Source: a virus (Duplodnaviria; Caudoviricetes). Taken from it: a DNA stretch of 37,800 nt. The notes beneath the pieces are model-generated. The model searched no databases, was not told the DNA's origin, and was given only the letters and a program-made list of their open reading frames with translations. Every line of letters begins with the position of its first letter. The first letter of the stretch is position 1. Positions 1-8,549 of this stretch are shown here, piece after piece. Location: positions 1 through 37,800 of IMG/VR virus record IMGVR_UViG_3300030372_001522, one strand, 5' to 3'. Both the position numbers and the translations under genes were made by a program.

Positions 1-72
1 TTTTCTTCAAGAACAATACATCCATCCCATCCAGTATTTTGAGATTTTATGTGTAAGGGAGAATCTGGCGAG
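1..72. repeat. 72-bp exact direct repeat, copy 1 (copy 2 at 35323-35394)
   Basis: Base-by-base identity ttttcttcaagaacaatacatcc...gagaatctggcgag with 35323-35394; truncated by the window edge. Confidence 0.95.
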
Positions 73-635
73 TCTGTGCCGATACCGACATTACCTCCCA
101 TAATTTTGGAATTGCCATTACTACTGAATACTACTTTTGAAGAGCCATTTGTATCATACAATCTCATATGAGGAGAACCATCGGCAGATGAAGTATCTAT
201 TCTAAATTGACTATTATCATCGCTATCTGTAATGAGAAAAAGACTTTGAGCAGTATTACCTGAACCTTTCACATGTAGCGTGTGACTTGGCGAGGTTGTG
301 CCTATGCCGAAATTTCCGTTGTTATTAAAGTATGAATGTGTACCTGGATGAAAAACTATATCAGCATTACCTGATGTATCTCTCATAGTAAGATTAATAT
401 CACCACTACTACTTTCATCTACCCTTAAACCTTGAATACCATCAGATGCTTTAATTAGAAATACAGCAGAATCAGCAGAGTTTGATTCTATGCTAAGAGT
501 GCCTTCAATTATCTCATCAAATGCAAAACTACCAGCACCCTCAACTTTAAAATCTCCAGTTATTGTTAGGTCGCCATCTATCTCACCGCCTTTACTTAAA
601 TCAGGAGTTACGGCACTCCCCATTCCTCCGTACAT
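1..635 (-). CDS. Tail fibre protein 2, N-terminal part (runs off the window start)
   Basis: Not in the ORF track. ATG at 635 overlaps the upstream stop (TAATG). Reads open as MYGGMGSAVTPDLSKGGEIDGDLTITGDFKVEG...GNFGIGTTSP...GNVGIGTDSPDSPLHIKSQNTGWDGCIVLEE. Paralogous to the N-terminus of the 1252-aa fibre. Confidence 0.85.
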   Translation of the reverse strand, partial: MYGGMGSAVTPDLSKGGEIDGDLTITGDFKVEGAGSFAFDEIIEGTLSIESNSADSAVFLIKASDGIQGLRVDESSSGDINLTMRDTSGNADIVFHPGTHSYFNNNGNFGIGTTSPSHTLHVKGSGNTAQSLFLITDSDDNSQFRIDTSSADGSPHMRLYDTNGSSKVVFSSNGNSKIMGGNVGIGTDSPDSPLHIKSQNTGWDGCIVLEE

Positions 636-979
636 TATACTTCCACCATTCTAACTGCACCAGTTGTTGTTGAAGTTGAATTATAATTAAAATATATAGT
701 AGTTCCTAATCCTCTAGGAATTGTCAAAAAGAATAATGTATTTTTTGGTATGATCATATCATTAGATGCGTTTACATCTGTTTGAGATGCACTAAAATTA
801 AAATAAATTTCAACCGCACTATATACCCCTAAAGTGCCAGTTGCCCCTTTTAATACTTGATGTGATGTGTTATTTACGTTAGCTGAACTACCAGCAGTCC
901 CTGCGGATGCTACTGTCCATTCTCCCCCAACTGTAGTGTTTAGTGCTTCCTGCACCGAATATGTGTGAATATCTGCCAT
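635..979 (-). CDS. Hypothetical virion protein (Ser/Thr/Gly-rich, beta-rich; possible decoration protein)
   Basis: 114-aa ORF with SD GAGAGG, downstream of the capsid gene. Its N-terminus (ADIHTYSVQEALN) resembles the fibre N-terminus (SLHKFTTKEVLN / SHTSQEALN). Confidence 0.6.
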   Translation of the reverse strand: MADIHTYSVQEALNTTVGGEWTVASAGTAGSSANVNNTSHQVLKGATGTLGVYSAVEIYFNFSASQTDVNASNDMIIPKNTLFFLTIPRGLGTTIYFNYNSTSTTTGAVRMVEV

Positions 980-1032
980 TTTTCTTCCTCTCTAAGCTAT
1001 GACAACAGCGTGAATGAGACTGTGTGTCTTAA

Positions 1033-1215
1033 TTATTTTTTCTTTTTAGATTTTTTAAAGATTTTAGGTTTTTTAAAAGGGGAGTAATCATCTTCTCCCA
1101 TAACTCTTTCCCAACCATTCTCTTTTAAATGCTCTAGTTTTTCAGGATGTTTTTCTAAATCTGAATCTTCTAGTCTTTGAACTCTGCCACTATGTGGTTT
1201 TTTCCAATATTGCAT
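1033..1215 (-). CDS. Small hypothetical protein with lysine-rich C-terminus
   Basis: 60-aa ORF, SD AGGAG, directly after the capsid gene. Confidence 0.7.
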   Translation of the reverse strand: MQYWKKPHSGRVQRLEDSDLEKHPEKLEHLKENGWERVMGEDDYSPFKKPKIFKKSKKKK

Positions 1216-1230
1216 ATTATCTCCTAATTA

Positions 1231-1256
1231 ATGGGGGCAGTCGTCACCACCCCCAA
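1231..1256 (-). terminator. GC-rich hairpin after major capsid gene (partial terminator or mRNA stabiliser)
   Basis: TGGGGGTGG-tgacga-CTGCCCCCA stem-loop with only a weak T tract. Confidence 0.5.
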
Positions 1257-1271
1257 TGTATTAACTAAGTA

Positions 1272-2168
1272 TTAGTCTACGTTAGTAAACTTAACACCTC
1301 TTTTATTGTCTGAATCATCAATTATCTTGACACCATACAATAAGTCACTAACTACTTTAGTACCAAGTGCATCAACAGAATATTCACTCTGTACTCTCAC
1401 TTCCTGCTGAGATGCAAAAGCACACGCAGATTTGTGAAAAATAGCACCTGGGATTGTAGATGAAGTACCAGCTGTGCTTATAGTATTAGACATATAAACA
1501 TCAATACCATAAAGAGATCCAACCATACCAGACCTTAATCCACGATTACCTTCGCCTACAGCATCATTTCTGATGAAGTATTGAGCGATACCAGCAGATG
1601 GGTTAAGTATATCAGCAAATAGTGTTGGATTAACAACCATTGCACACTCACCATCCATGTAAGGTATATCGTTCTCACCAAGAGTAGCAAGAGCAGATTC
1701 AAACACAGTTGCAGTTAATGTATCATCAGCAGATAGAGCTTGAGATTGATTTAATCCATCTAATTCAGCCCAAATATCAGCATCAACTTGACGAGCAAGA
1801 GCTTCACCCATCATTCTAGAATACTTAGCTACTAAATCAGCTTCTGACTGAATGAGTGCTACATCTTCAAATAACTTTGCTACGTATTTGTGTTTATTAA
1901 TTGCTAACTGAGTTGTTGTGGTTGCAGTTGCATCATAAGATACATCACTACCAGCAGATTTATCACTAGCACTAATTAAGCTCATCTCAGGGATGTTGAT
2001 TGCATCTCCATACCCTTTACCGCCTACAAGTGCAGAATAGTCATCAACTAATCCACGAAATACAGTTTTGCGTTCAAAATATTTATAAATTCCATCAGCC
2101 CAAATTTCTGGAATGAAATGTTGGTCTGTTGTGGTAGTAACTGGACTACCTTGATAATGTTTAGCCAT
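1272..2168 (-). CDS. Major capsid protein (HK97 fold, P22-coat/N4-gp56-like)
   Basis: 298 aa; FIPEIWA N-terminal motif, G-D-I-IP, ALARQVD, G.VG.LYGIDVYMSN and LYGVK motifs; follows the scaffold gene. Confidence 0.9.
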   Translation of the reverse strand: MAKHYQGSPVTTTTDQHFIPEIWADGIYKYFERKTVFRGLVDDYSALVGGKGYGDAINIPEMSLISASDKSAGSDVSYDATATTTTQLAINKHKYVAKLFEDVALIQSEADLVAKYSRMMGEALARQVDADIWAELDGLNQSQALSADDTLTATVFESALATLGENDIPYMDGECAMVVNPTLFADILNPSAGIAQYFIRNDAVGEGNRGLRSGMVGSLYGIDVYMSNTISTAGTSSTIPGAIFHKSACAFASQQEVRVQSEYSVDALGTKVVSDLLYGVKIIDDSDNKRGVKFTNVD

Positions 2169-2173
2169 TTAAA

Positions 2174-2677
2174 TTACCTTTTCATGTATGACTGCAATAC
2201 TGTCCCCCAGTTTCTTCTTCGCTCATCATCTGGCATATCAACCCAATCAGTTCCTGTTTTAACAGGGATTGTGCCTTTATTATCAGGTGGATTCACTCTT
2301 TCTTCTTCAGTGAACTCTTCAATAATGCTTAAAAGAACCTCGGTTTCAACATTGGCAAATTTTTCTCGTTTACTTTCAGGAAGTTGAGCTAAAGCACCTT
2401 CACGAAGTCTTGCATCCATTGCTTCCCATCTTTCCTTATAAGGCTTATAGGATTCAATTTCACCAGCAAGATCAGTATTTAGTTCTTGCCACTTTTCTTC
2501 TTCACGAAGTTTTGCTCTACGTTCTTCTTCCTCTTTAGTTTTAAAAGACTCAAGACTATCTCTAAGTTGATTTCTTTCTGAAATTACTTCATTTAATCTT
2601 GAAATCGGTACATTATTTTCGACTTGTGTGTCGGTTTCCTTTTTTACATCTGGCTCGATGGTCGTTTCTTCTGACAT
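2174..2677 (-). CDS. Capsid scaffolding protein
   Basis: Acidic coiled-coil, 167 aa, with VPISRLNEVI motif, immediately upstream of the capsid gene. Confidence 0.75.
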   Translation of the reverse strand: MSEETTIEPDVKKETDTQVENNVPISRLNEVISERNQLRDSLESFKTKEEEERRAKLREEEKWQELNTDLAGEIESYKPYKERWEAMDARLREGALAQLPESKREKFANVETEVLLSIIEEFTEEERVNPPDNKGTIPVKTGTDWVDMPDDERRRNWGTVLQSYMKR

Positions 2678-2718
2678 TTTAACCTCTTCAGTGAGTTATG
2701 AAATAGCAAGAATTATCC

Positions 2719-2747
2719 TTGCATTAATATATGGTACAATATAAATT
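2719..2747 (+). promoter_or_regulatory. Putative sigma70-type promoter for terL
   Basis: TTGCAT-N17-TAAATT in the 84-bp divergent gap. Confidence 0.4.
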
Positions 2748-2761
2748 AGTACATCAATCTA

Positions 2762-4075
2762 ATGCAAGAAAAAAATTACAATTTTAAGAAAAAATGGTTT
2801 GATTACTTAGGATACAAACCGCACAATGGTCAGTTACCATTACATTATCCTGCAAAACAAGATGCTCGTTTTCAAGTTGTAGTATGTGGTAGGAGATTTG
2901 GAAAGACTTGGGCTAGTGCTATGGAGGCAACCTACGTAGCATCCCAGCCTAATAAAAGAATATGGGTTGTAGGTATGTCTTATAAAAAAGCTAGATTAAT
3001 ATTTAGGGAAATTTGGCAAAGAATGGTTATAGGACATCCTGACGATGTAGATAAGGCATCAGAAAAAGATATGTTTATTCGCTTTAAGTGGGGAACTACT
3101 GTAGAAGGTATGTCAGCAGACAATCCTTCAAGTCTTGTGGGGGAAGGTCTTGACTTGCTTGTAATTGATGAGGTTGCTAAGATGAATAAAAAAATTTGGG
3201 ATATGTATTTATCCCCAACTGTTGCTGGTAGAAAAGGTAAAGTTATTTTTATTACAACACCAGAAGGTAGAAACTGGATATATGATTTGTTTAAACTAGG
3301 TAGAGATGATCCAATGTGGGAGAGTCATAGCTCTCCATCTTGGGTTAATCAACATGAATTTCCATTAGGACTTGAAGATCCTGCTATTATAGAAAGAAAA
3401 AGAAATATGTCAAAAGAGCTTTTTGGACAAGAATTTGGAGCAGAATTTTCTGTATTTGAAGGAAAAGTTTGGGATTTTAATAGAGATTTAGATGTTGGGA
3501 ACTTCCCATATGATCCTAATCTGCCTACATTTTGTGCAATAGATTTTGGATATAGACAACCTGCTGTTTTATTTATCCAAACAGAGTTTGATGGAATAGC
3601 AGAACAAATAAGGGTATTTGATACGATACTCCATAAACAAAATATTAAAACAGAAGATTTAATTAAAATGATTAAAACAAAAGGCTACCCAATCATTTCA
3701 TACTATGGTGATCCTGCTGGAAGTAATGTTCAAGGACAGAGTGGTGCAGGAGATGTTGAGATATTTAGAAGAAGTGGAATACGGATTTTATGTACAAGAG
3801 ATAGAATGAGTAGAAATTTAGTAGCTAGTGTAGCATATACTAGAGGGTTTTTTGAAAATGCCGATGGGGTAAGGAGAGTACATGTTGATGCAAAGTGTAA
3901 AGAAATGATAGAAGATTTTGAAGAGTATAGGTATCCAGAAAGTCAAGACGGAAAACCTATTAAAGAAGAACCATTAAAGGATGGTTTCCACGATCATGGG
4001 AACGATGCTTTTAGATATTTTATAATAAATAGATTTCCAATGAGAAATCAAGAAATGAAGAGGATTCAAAGATAA
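2762..4075 (+). CDS. terL: Terminase large subunit
   Basis: Walker A GRRFGKT, Walker B LLVIDE, coupling motif ITTP, nuclease motifs IDFG and DHGNDAFRY. Confidence 0.95.
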   Translation: MQEKNYNFKKKWFDYLGYKPHNGQLPLHYPAKQDARFQVVVCGRRFGKTWASAMEATYVASQPNKRIWVVGMSYKKARLIFREIWQRMVIGHPDDVDKASEKDMFIRFKWGTTVEGMSADNPSSLVGEGLDLLVIDEVAKMNKKIWDMYLSPTVAGRKGKVIFITTPEGRNWIYDLFKLGRDDPMWESHSSPSWVNQHEFPLGLEDPAIIERKRNMSKELFGQEFGAEFSVFEGKVWDFNRDLDVGNFPYDPNLPTFCAIDFGYRQPAVLFIQTEFDGIAEQIRVFDTILHKQNIKTEDLIKMIKTKGYPIISYYGDPAGSNVQGQSGAGDVEIFRRSGIRILCTRDRMSRNLVASVAYTRGFFENADGVRRVHVDAKCKEMIEDFEEYRYPESQDGKPIKEEPLKDGFHDHGNDAFRYFIINRFPMRNQEMKRIQR

Positions 4076-5391
4076 TGGAGAAGATACTGAAAGATAAGTT
4101 ATTGGAAACTAAGCTACTAATGTCACATGGTAGAAGGAATGAAATTAGAAAACATTTAGATTATTACTCTGGTGTTTCTACAGACCAATATATAAGTAAT
4201 TACTTTACAGGAGATGCTTTTGGAGAAATACCACCTAGTTTAACTAACTTTACTAGAAAATTTATTAATAAAATTAGTAGAATATATAGTTTGGGTGCTA
4301 AAAGGAATGCTGGTAAGAATACTACAAGGTATGAAGAGTTAATTCCTACAAAAGATGTACGTATGAAACACTCTGAGAGAATGACTCGTCTTTTAGGAAC
4401 TGTAGCTAATAGAGTTTATTGGAGAGATGATTATTTTGATTATAGACCTATATATTATTTTGAAGCATATTTTGATGATAATCCATTTGAGCCTAGTGCT
4501 ATTGTTTATCCATTACTAAATAGCACTTCTGATTTATCTAATGCTGATAATTTACAGTGGGAGTATTGGGATAATGAAAAATATGGAGTAATGAATGAAA
4601 ATGGCGAAATGATGTCTGAAATTCCTAACCCATATGGAATGTTACCTTTTGTATTTACTCATAGAGAAGATCAGATAGATTCATTTTTTGTAGAGGGAGC
4701 ATCTGATATTGTAAACTGTAATGAACAAGTTAATATTGCCTTAACCGAAATGAATTTAGGCATGAGGTTTAATATGTTTGGACAGCCGTGGGTTACTGGA
4801 TTAAGAGCAGACCAAAGCATGTTAAGAGCAGGTTCTAATACTATTTTAGATATGGGGGAAGATGGTGCTTATAATATTACTAGTCCTCAAGGTAATATTG
4901 ATGAGGCAATTAATAATATTAAATTTCAAATGGAGCTAGTTGCTACTAATAATCACTTATGGATTACATGGGCTGAATCAGGTGGAGAAGTACCAAGTGG
5001 TATCTCACTTATGATTAAAGATATGGAAAGAAAAGAAGATTATTATGATGATATTGCTCTTTGGAGAATGTATGAAAAGCAATTTTACGATGTAGAAAGA
5101 GTAATTGCTGGATATAATGGGATAGAATTGCCAGATGATTTTGGAGTAGACTTTGAAGAAGTTGAATACCCAAAGACAGTTCAAGACCAAATATTAAAAG
5201 ATAATTTTGATATTGATAATAACCTATCTACTAGAGCAAAGATAATGGTTCGTGATAATAAAGATTTAAGCATTGCTCAAGCACAAAAAATTATAGATGA
5301 TAATAGGAAAGTTAATGAAAAAGAAAGCCCTAACCCAATCTTTACGCAATTCCGTAACGAAGCTGGACAAGATCAACAATCTGGAGATTAA
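4075..5391 (+). CDS. Portal protein (SPP1 gp6-like)
   Basis: 438 aa directly after terL; DYYSG, NPYGMLPFV and SGISL motifs typical of this portal family. Confidence 0.85.
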   Translation: MEKILKDKLLETKLLMSHGRRNEIRKHLDYYSGVSTDQYISNYFTGDAFGEIPPSLTNFTRKFINKISRIYSLGAKRNAGKNTTRYEELIPTKDVRMKHSERMTRLLGTVANRVYWRDDYFDYRPIYYFEAYFDDNPFEPSAIVYPLLNSTSDLSNADNLQWEYWDNEKYGVMNENGEMMSEIPNPYGMLPFVFTHREDQIDSFFVEGASDIVNCNEQVNIALTEMNLGMRFNMFGQPWVTGLRADQSMLRAGSNTILDMGEDGAYNITSPQGNIDEAINNIKFQMELVATNNHLWITWAESGGEVPSGISLMIKDMERKEDYYDDIALWRMYEKQFYDVERVIAGYNGIELPDDFGVDFEEVEYPKTVQDQILKDNFDIDNNLSTRAKIMVRDNKDLSIAQAQKIIDDNRKVNEKESPNPIFTQFRNEAGQDQQSGD

Positions 5392-5542
5392 TTTTACAGG
5401 TACTCTTGAAGATGTAATGAAAAACCCTATTGGATGGGCAGAACAACAAGTTCAAAGAGGTGTATTTGAAAATCTTAATAAATATTTAGAGGCAAAAGAA
5501 TTAGGAGAGGAGTTTTGGGGTGGAATTAAAGATAAAAGTTAA
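5297..5542 (+). CDS. Hypothetical protein
   Basis: ORF bridging portal and morphogenesis gene; start uncertain (likely ATG 5315). Confidence 0.55.
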   Translation: MIIGKLMKKKALTQSLRNSVTKLDKINNLEINFTGTLEDVMKNPIGWAEQQVQRGVFENLNKYLEAKELGEEFWGGIKDKS

Positions 5543-5981
5543 TTTTGACTTTGGTAAACTTGCAAATCAAATGCCTAAAATTATTAGGGAGTACAAAACA
5601 GAGTATGCTAAGGGGACAGAAGAAGGCTCTAAAAGTAATATTGATAAAGGATTGAAACCTAGTTTAAAAAAGTCTACTAGAGAAATTAGAAAATTAAGAG
5701 GAGTCTCAGGTACAAAACCATTAAAAGCATCAGGAGATTTGTATAATAGTATTAAATCAAATAGTAGTCAATTAAAATTTTTAGAATATGGTCAATACCA
5801 TAGAGAAGGATTTACTCCAGATAAAATACCTACCGAAATTAAAGATAATAAATTCTTTTTAGTGAATAATAAAAAAGGTATTTCAGTACCTGCTAGAGAG
5901 TTTGTTGGTATTATAGACAAAACAAGAAATAAGATAAATAAAGACTTTAGAATTAAAGTCAAAAAATCTTTAAAAAAATAA
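5520..5981 (+). CDS. Phage virion morphogenesis protein (Mu gpG / tail-completion-like)
   Basis: L.ASG.L.NSI, YG.YH..G and VPAREFVG motifs. Confidence 0.7.
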   Translation: MELKIKVNFDFGKLANQMPKIIREYKTEYAKGTEEGSKSNIDKGLKPSLKKSTREIRKLRGVSGTKPLKASGDLYNSIKSNSSQLKFLEYGQYHREGFTPDKIPTEIKDNKFFLVNNKKGISVPAREFVGIIDKTRNKINKDFRIKVKKSLKK

Positions 5982-6015
5982 TTTATTGTATTAAATAAAG
6001 GACTAAGAGTACATT

Positions 6016-6483
6016 ATGGCAAAGAAAGGAAATGAGTTAGATGGAAAAGATAGAAGATTACTTGCTGAGATTACTTCTGGAATGTCTTACGACACAAGAA
6101 TATTCAATCAAAGATTTAGACAACAAATTGAAAGACTTAGGCGAAGTGGTCTTGATGAACAATCAATTATTAGGGTACTTGAGCAAGACTTTAACTCCAA
6201 TGGCAGAATTTTCGGAGAATTACGAAACTCAATCAAGAGAGGAGTTGTGGGAGGAATTAACCAAGCATTCCGCAGAGCTGGAGAAATGGGGGAAGGCTTA
6301 AGGTGGATTACTGTATCTAAGAATCCCTGTAGCGACTGCGTTAGTATAAGCGGTGAAGTTGATAGTTGGGATAATTGGGTAACGAGAGGATTGCCAGGAT
6401 CTGGGTGGAGTCTTTGTAGGGAAAATTGCTATTGTCAATTAGTACCAGAGTCACTAGAAATCGAAGAAAGCATTATTATATGA
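6016..6483 (+). CDS. MuF-like minor head protein, C-terminal Cys domain
   Basis: W...CSDC...C...NCYC pattern typical of MuF/SPP1 gp7 C-termini. Confidence 0.6.
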   Translation: MAKKGNELDGKDRRLLAEITSGMSYDTRIFNQRFRQQIERLRRSGLDEQSIIRVLEQDFNSNGRIFGELRNSIKRGVVGGINQAFRRAGEMGEGLRWITVSKNPCSDCVSISGEVDSWDNWVTRGLPGSGWSLCRENCYCQLVPESLEIEESIII

Positions 6484-6626
6484 ACGATTATAACGTATTA
6501 CGATGTTTTTGTATGAATTGTCACTGGGACTGGGAAGTATTATCAGTAGATGCTGATAGAGAGCAAGAATGTCCAGAATGTAAATCTTACGATGTTAAAA
6601 CCTTTTTAAAGAGACTTAACCCCTAG
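6480..6626 (+). CDS. Small zinc-ribbon protein
   Basis: ATG 6480 overlaps the upstream TGA; CMNC...CPEC. Confidence 0.65.
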   Translation: MNDYNVLRCFCMNCHWDWEVLSVDADREQECPECKSYDVKTFLKRLNP

Positions 6627-7217
6627 TGCTTTTTCTCTTTTTGCTATTTTTTCCTGCCATTGTTTACGTTGAGCAGGAGTCTGCCTCCCCTGCTTAGGGG
6701 GTTCAATACCTACAGCCTCAGCTCTTTCTCTCCATTTTCTAGCCTCTCTACGTTTTTTATTCTTTAGTTTATTCTTTTTCTCATCTACAGGCTTATCTGG
6801 TAATACAGGTCTTTGAGGTAAAACCTCTATTTCATCGTATTCTATTATCTCAGCATCTTCTGGTACTTGTGTATTTAAAAATTTTTCAAATGGACTTTGG
6901 TGGTTATTTACTTCTACTCTCTTAATAAGCTTACCTGAGTGTTCTAACACTAATCTACCAGCTTGAACATTACCTGCTTCAGCTTCTCTTACCATACTAT
7001 TTAAAACATTAGGTAATCTAGCACCAAAAGTAACCATATATTTTTGATAAAAGACTTCTACAAACTCAGGATCTTTAAACCAATTTCTTATAGTAGCTGT
7101 AGTAACCCCAGCTTTATCTGCAACATTCTGTATTGAGGCTTCAGGACTCGTAACCAATATGTCTATAGCTAAAGATTTTTCTGGTTTCCACTTAGTTGGT
7201 AACGTAACACTCATCAT
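6606..7217 (-). CDS. terS: Putative terminase small subunit (HTH)
   Basis: N-terminal HTH (SIQNVADKAGVTTATIRNWFKDPEF), GNVQAGRLVLE oligomerisation-like motif, basic tail. Confidence 0.65.
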   Translation of the reverse strand: MMSVTLPTKWKPEKSLAIDILVTSPEASIQNVADKAGVTTATIRNWFKDPEFVEVFYQKYMVTFGARLPNVLNSMVREAEAGNVQAGRLVLEHSGKLIKRVEVNNHQSPFEKFLNTQVPEDAEIIEYDEIEVLPQRPVLPDKPVDEKKNKLKNKKRREARKWRERAEAVGIEPPKQGRQTPAQRKQWQEKIAKREKALGVKSL

Positions 7218-7435
7218 AAATTCCTTATTTTATGGTATATTCTACGGACTTTAATTTTTTTATACAAGATGTTTCATCTAAATCCTAATAAGGCACTAAT
7301 ACTACTATACAATACATAACATAAAAGCGTTAGCTTTTAAAGGACTTTCTTTTAGATTTTTTTTCTAAAAATGGCTCTAAGTGTTTGTTATACAATAATT
7401 TGTGGGGAATAGCGATATGCGTTTATATCAGCCTA

Positions 7436-7465
7436 AATATACGCCTATAGGGGCACACAAGTCAA
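7436..7465 (-). promoter_or_regulatory. Leftward sigma70-type promoter
   Basis: TTGACT-N18-TATATT with a T-rich UP-like tract. Confidence 0.6.
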
Positions 7466-7486
7466 GTAAAAAATAAAGTTTTTTTT

Positions 7487-7515
7487 AATATACTGCTGGA
7501 TCATGACAATGTCAA
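7487..7515 (-). promoter_or_regulatory. Leftward sigma70-type promoter
   Basis: TTGACA-N17-TATATT; upstream tract near-duplicated with the 7436-7465 promoter. Confidence 0.7.
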
Positions 7516-8005
7516 GTAAAAAGAAAATAAATCTTTTTTGTTGCTTTTGTGGGTGGCTTGGTACTATACAAATTAAAGTCCAATTAAGTCTTGACAAATG
7601 ATAAAACGCTCCAATTAAATCTTAAGCCTTTGAAGATAAATTACTTGTTTTATTGGTTAATCTTTACTATGGAGATAACTTACTTAATGCCAATTAGGAT
7701 TCATGCAAAATTGATGGATTTTATCGAGAGTAAACGCTCTAGAATAGGTCTAGAATCCATTTAAATTACTTTTTAATATGCAATTACGATTACTTAGAAT
7801 TAAGCCATATGGATCGATCTAGACAGCTTTAAAAGCTTTTTGACAAAAGCAAGTAAAAAATTACATAAAATGAATTTTTTTCTTAACATATTGTAAATAG
7901 TGTAAAATAGTTCTTGACTTTCTCATTAATTAGACTATTTTAAAATCCTTTATGGGATTTGATAAACTTAAATAAAGTTAAATATCTAACTAATTAAAAT
8001 ATTCC

Positions 8006-8035
8006 TTGACACATTCAAAAGATTGTTTTTAAGCT
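8006..8035 (+). promoter_or_regulatory. Putative early promoter
   Basis: TTGACA-N18-TAAGCT just upstream of SD GAAAGGA and ATG 8062. Confidence 0.55.
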
Positions 8036-8061
8036 TAGGCTCAAATATGAAAGGATATCAA

Positions 8062-8475
8062 ATGAAATTACAAGCTACTTACAAATCAATTAAAGAGGGT
8101 ACACATCCCGACCATTTAATCAAAGTTGGTTATTGCTCTCTTCAATATCTATTAACTTACAAGTCAGAATTTGCCTACACTTACAGCAGAGTAAATGGGT
8201 GGAATTGTGACTATTACGAATTTAACGTAAATGGAAAATATTTTGTAATCTCTACAGGTTACAGACCGATTGGTAGAGATGTTAATTACAAAATAGTTAG
8301 ATACTACGAAAAAAGAGCAAGAGAACTAATGCATAGAAATTATGAGGAAGATGGAAAGCTGATTGAAAATAAAAGACAAAGATTAGATAATTTAATAGAA
8401 GAATTTCTATACTATGCTGAGGGGAATTATATGCCAATGGGTTTAGAAATGGAAATAGAAGAGGCTTCAAAATAG
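8062..8475 (+). CDS. Early hypothetical protein
   Basis: Start reassigned to ATG 8062 (SD GAAAGGA); GYC.LQ.LL, GWNCD.Y and ISTGYRP motifs. Its TAG stop overlaps hammerhead 1. Confidence 0.8.
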   Translation: MKLQATYKSIKEGTHPDHLIKVGYCSLQYLLTYKSEFAYTYSRVNGWNCDYYEFNVNGKYFVISTGYRPIGRDVNYKIVRYYEKRARELMHRNYEEDGKLIENKRQRLDNLIEEFLYYAEGNYMPMGLEMEIEEASK

Positions 8476-8530
8476 ATTAACTGAAGAGACTTTAATAGTC
8501 GAAACGCCCTTTGTTTTGGGCGTCTTAATC
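8475..8530 (+). ncRNA. Type I hammerhead ribozyme 1
   Basis: Stem I GATTAA/TTAATC; core CTGAAGA (8481-8487); stem II GACT-ttaat-AGTC; GAAA (8501-8504); stem III ACGCCC-tttgtttt-GGGCGT; GTC cleavage triplet, cut after 8524. Confidence 0.93.
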
Positions 8531-8549
8531 AAATAATGAAAGGTAAAAA

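Noticed and set aside
1-72. Repeat as a diversity-generating retroelement TR/VR pair
   Set aside because: Copies are identical with no adenine-specific mismatches, and no reverse transcriptase is in the window.
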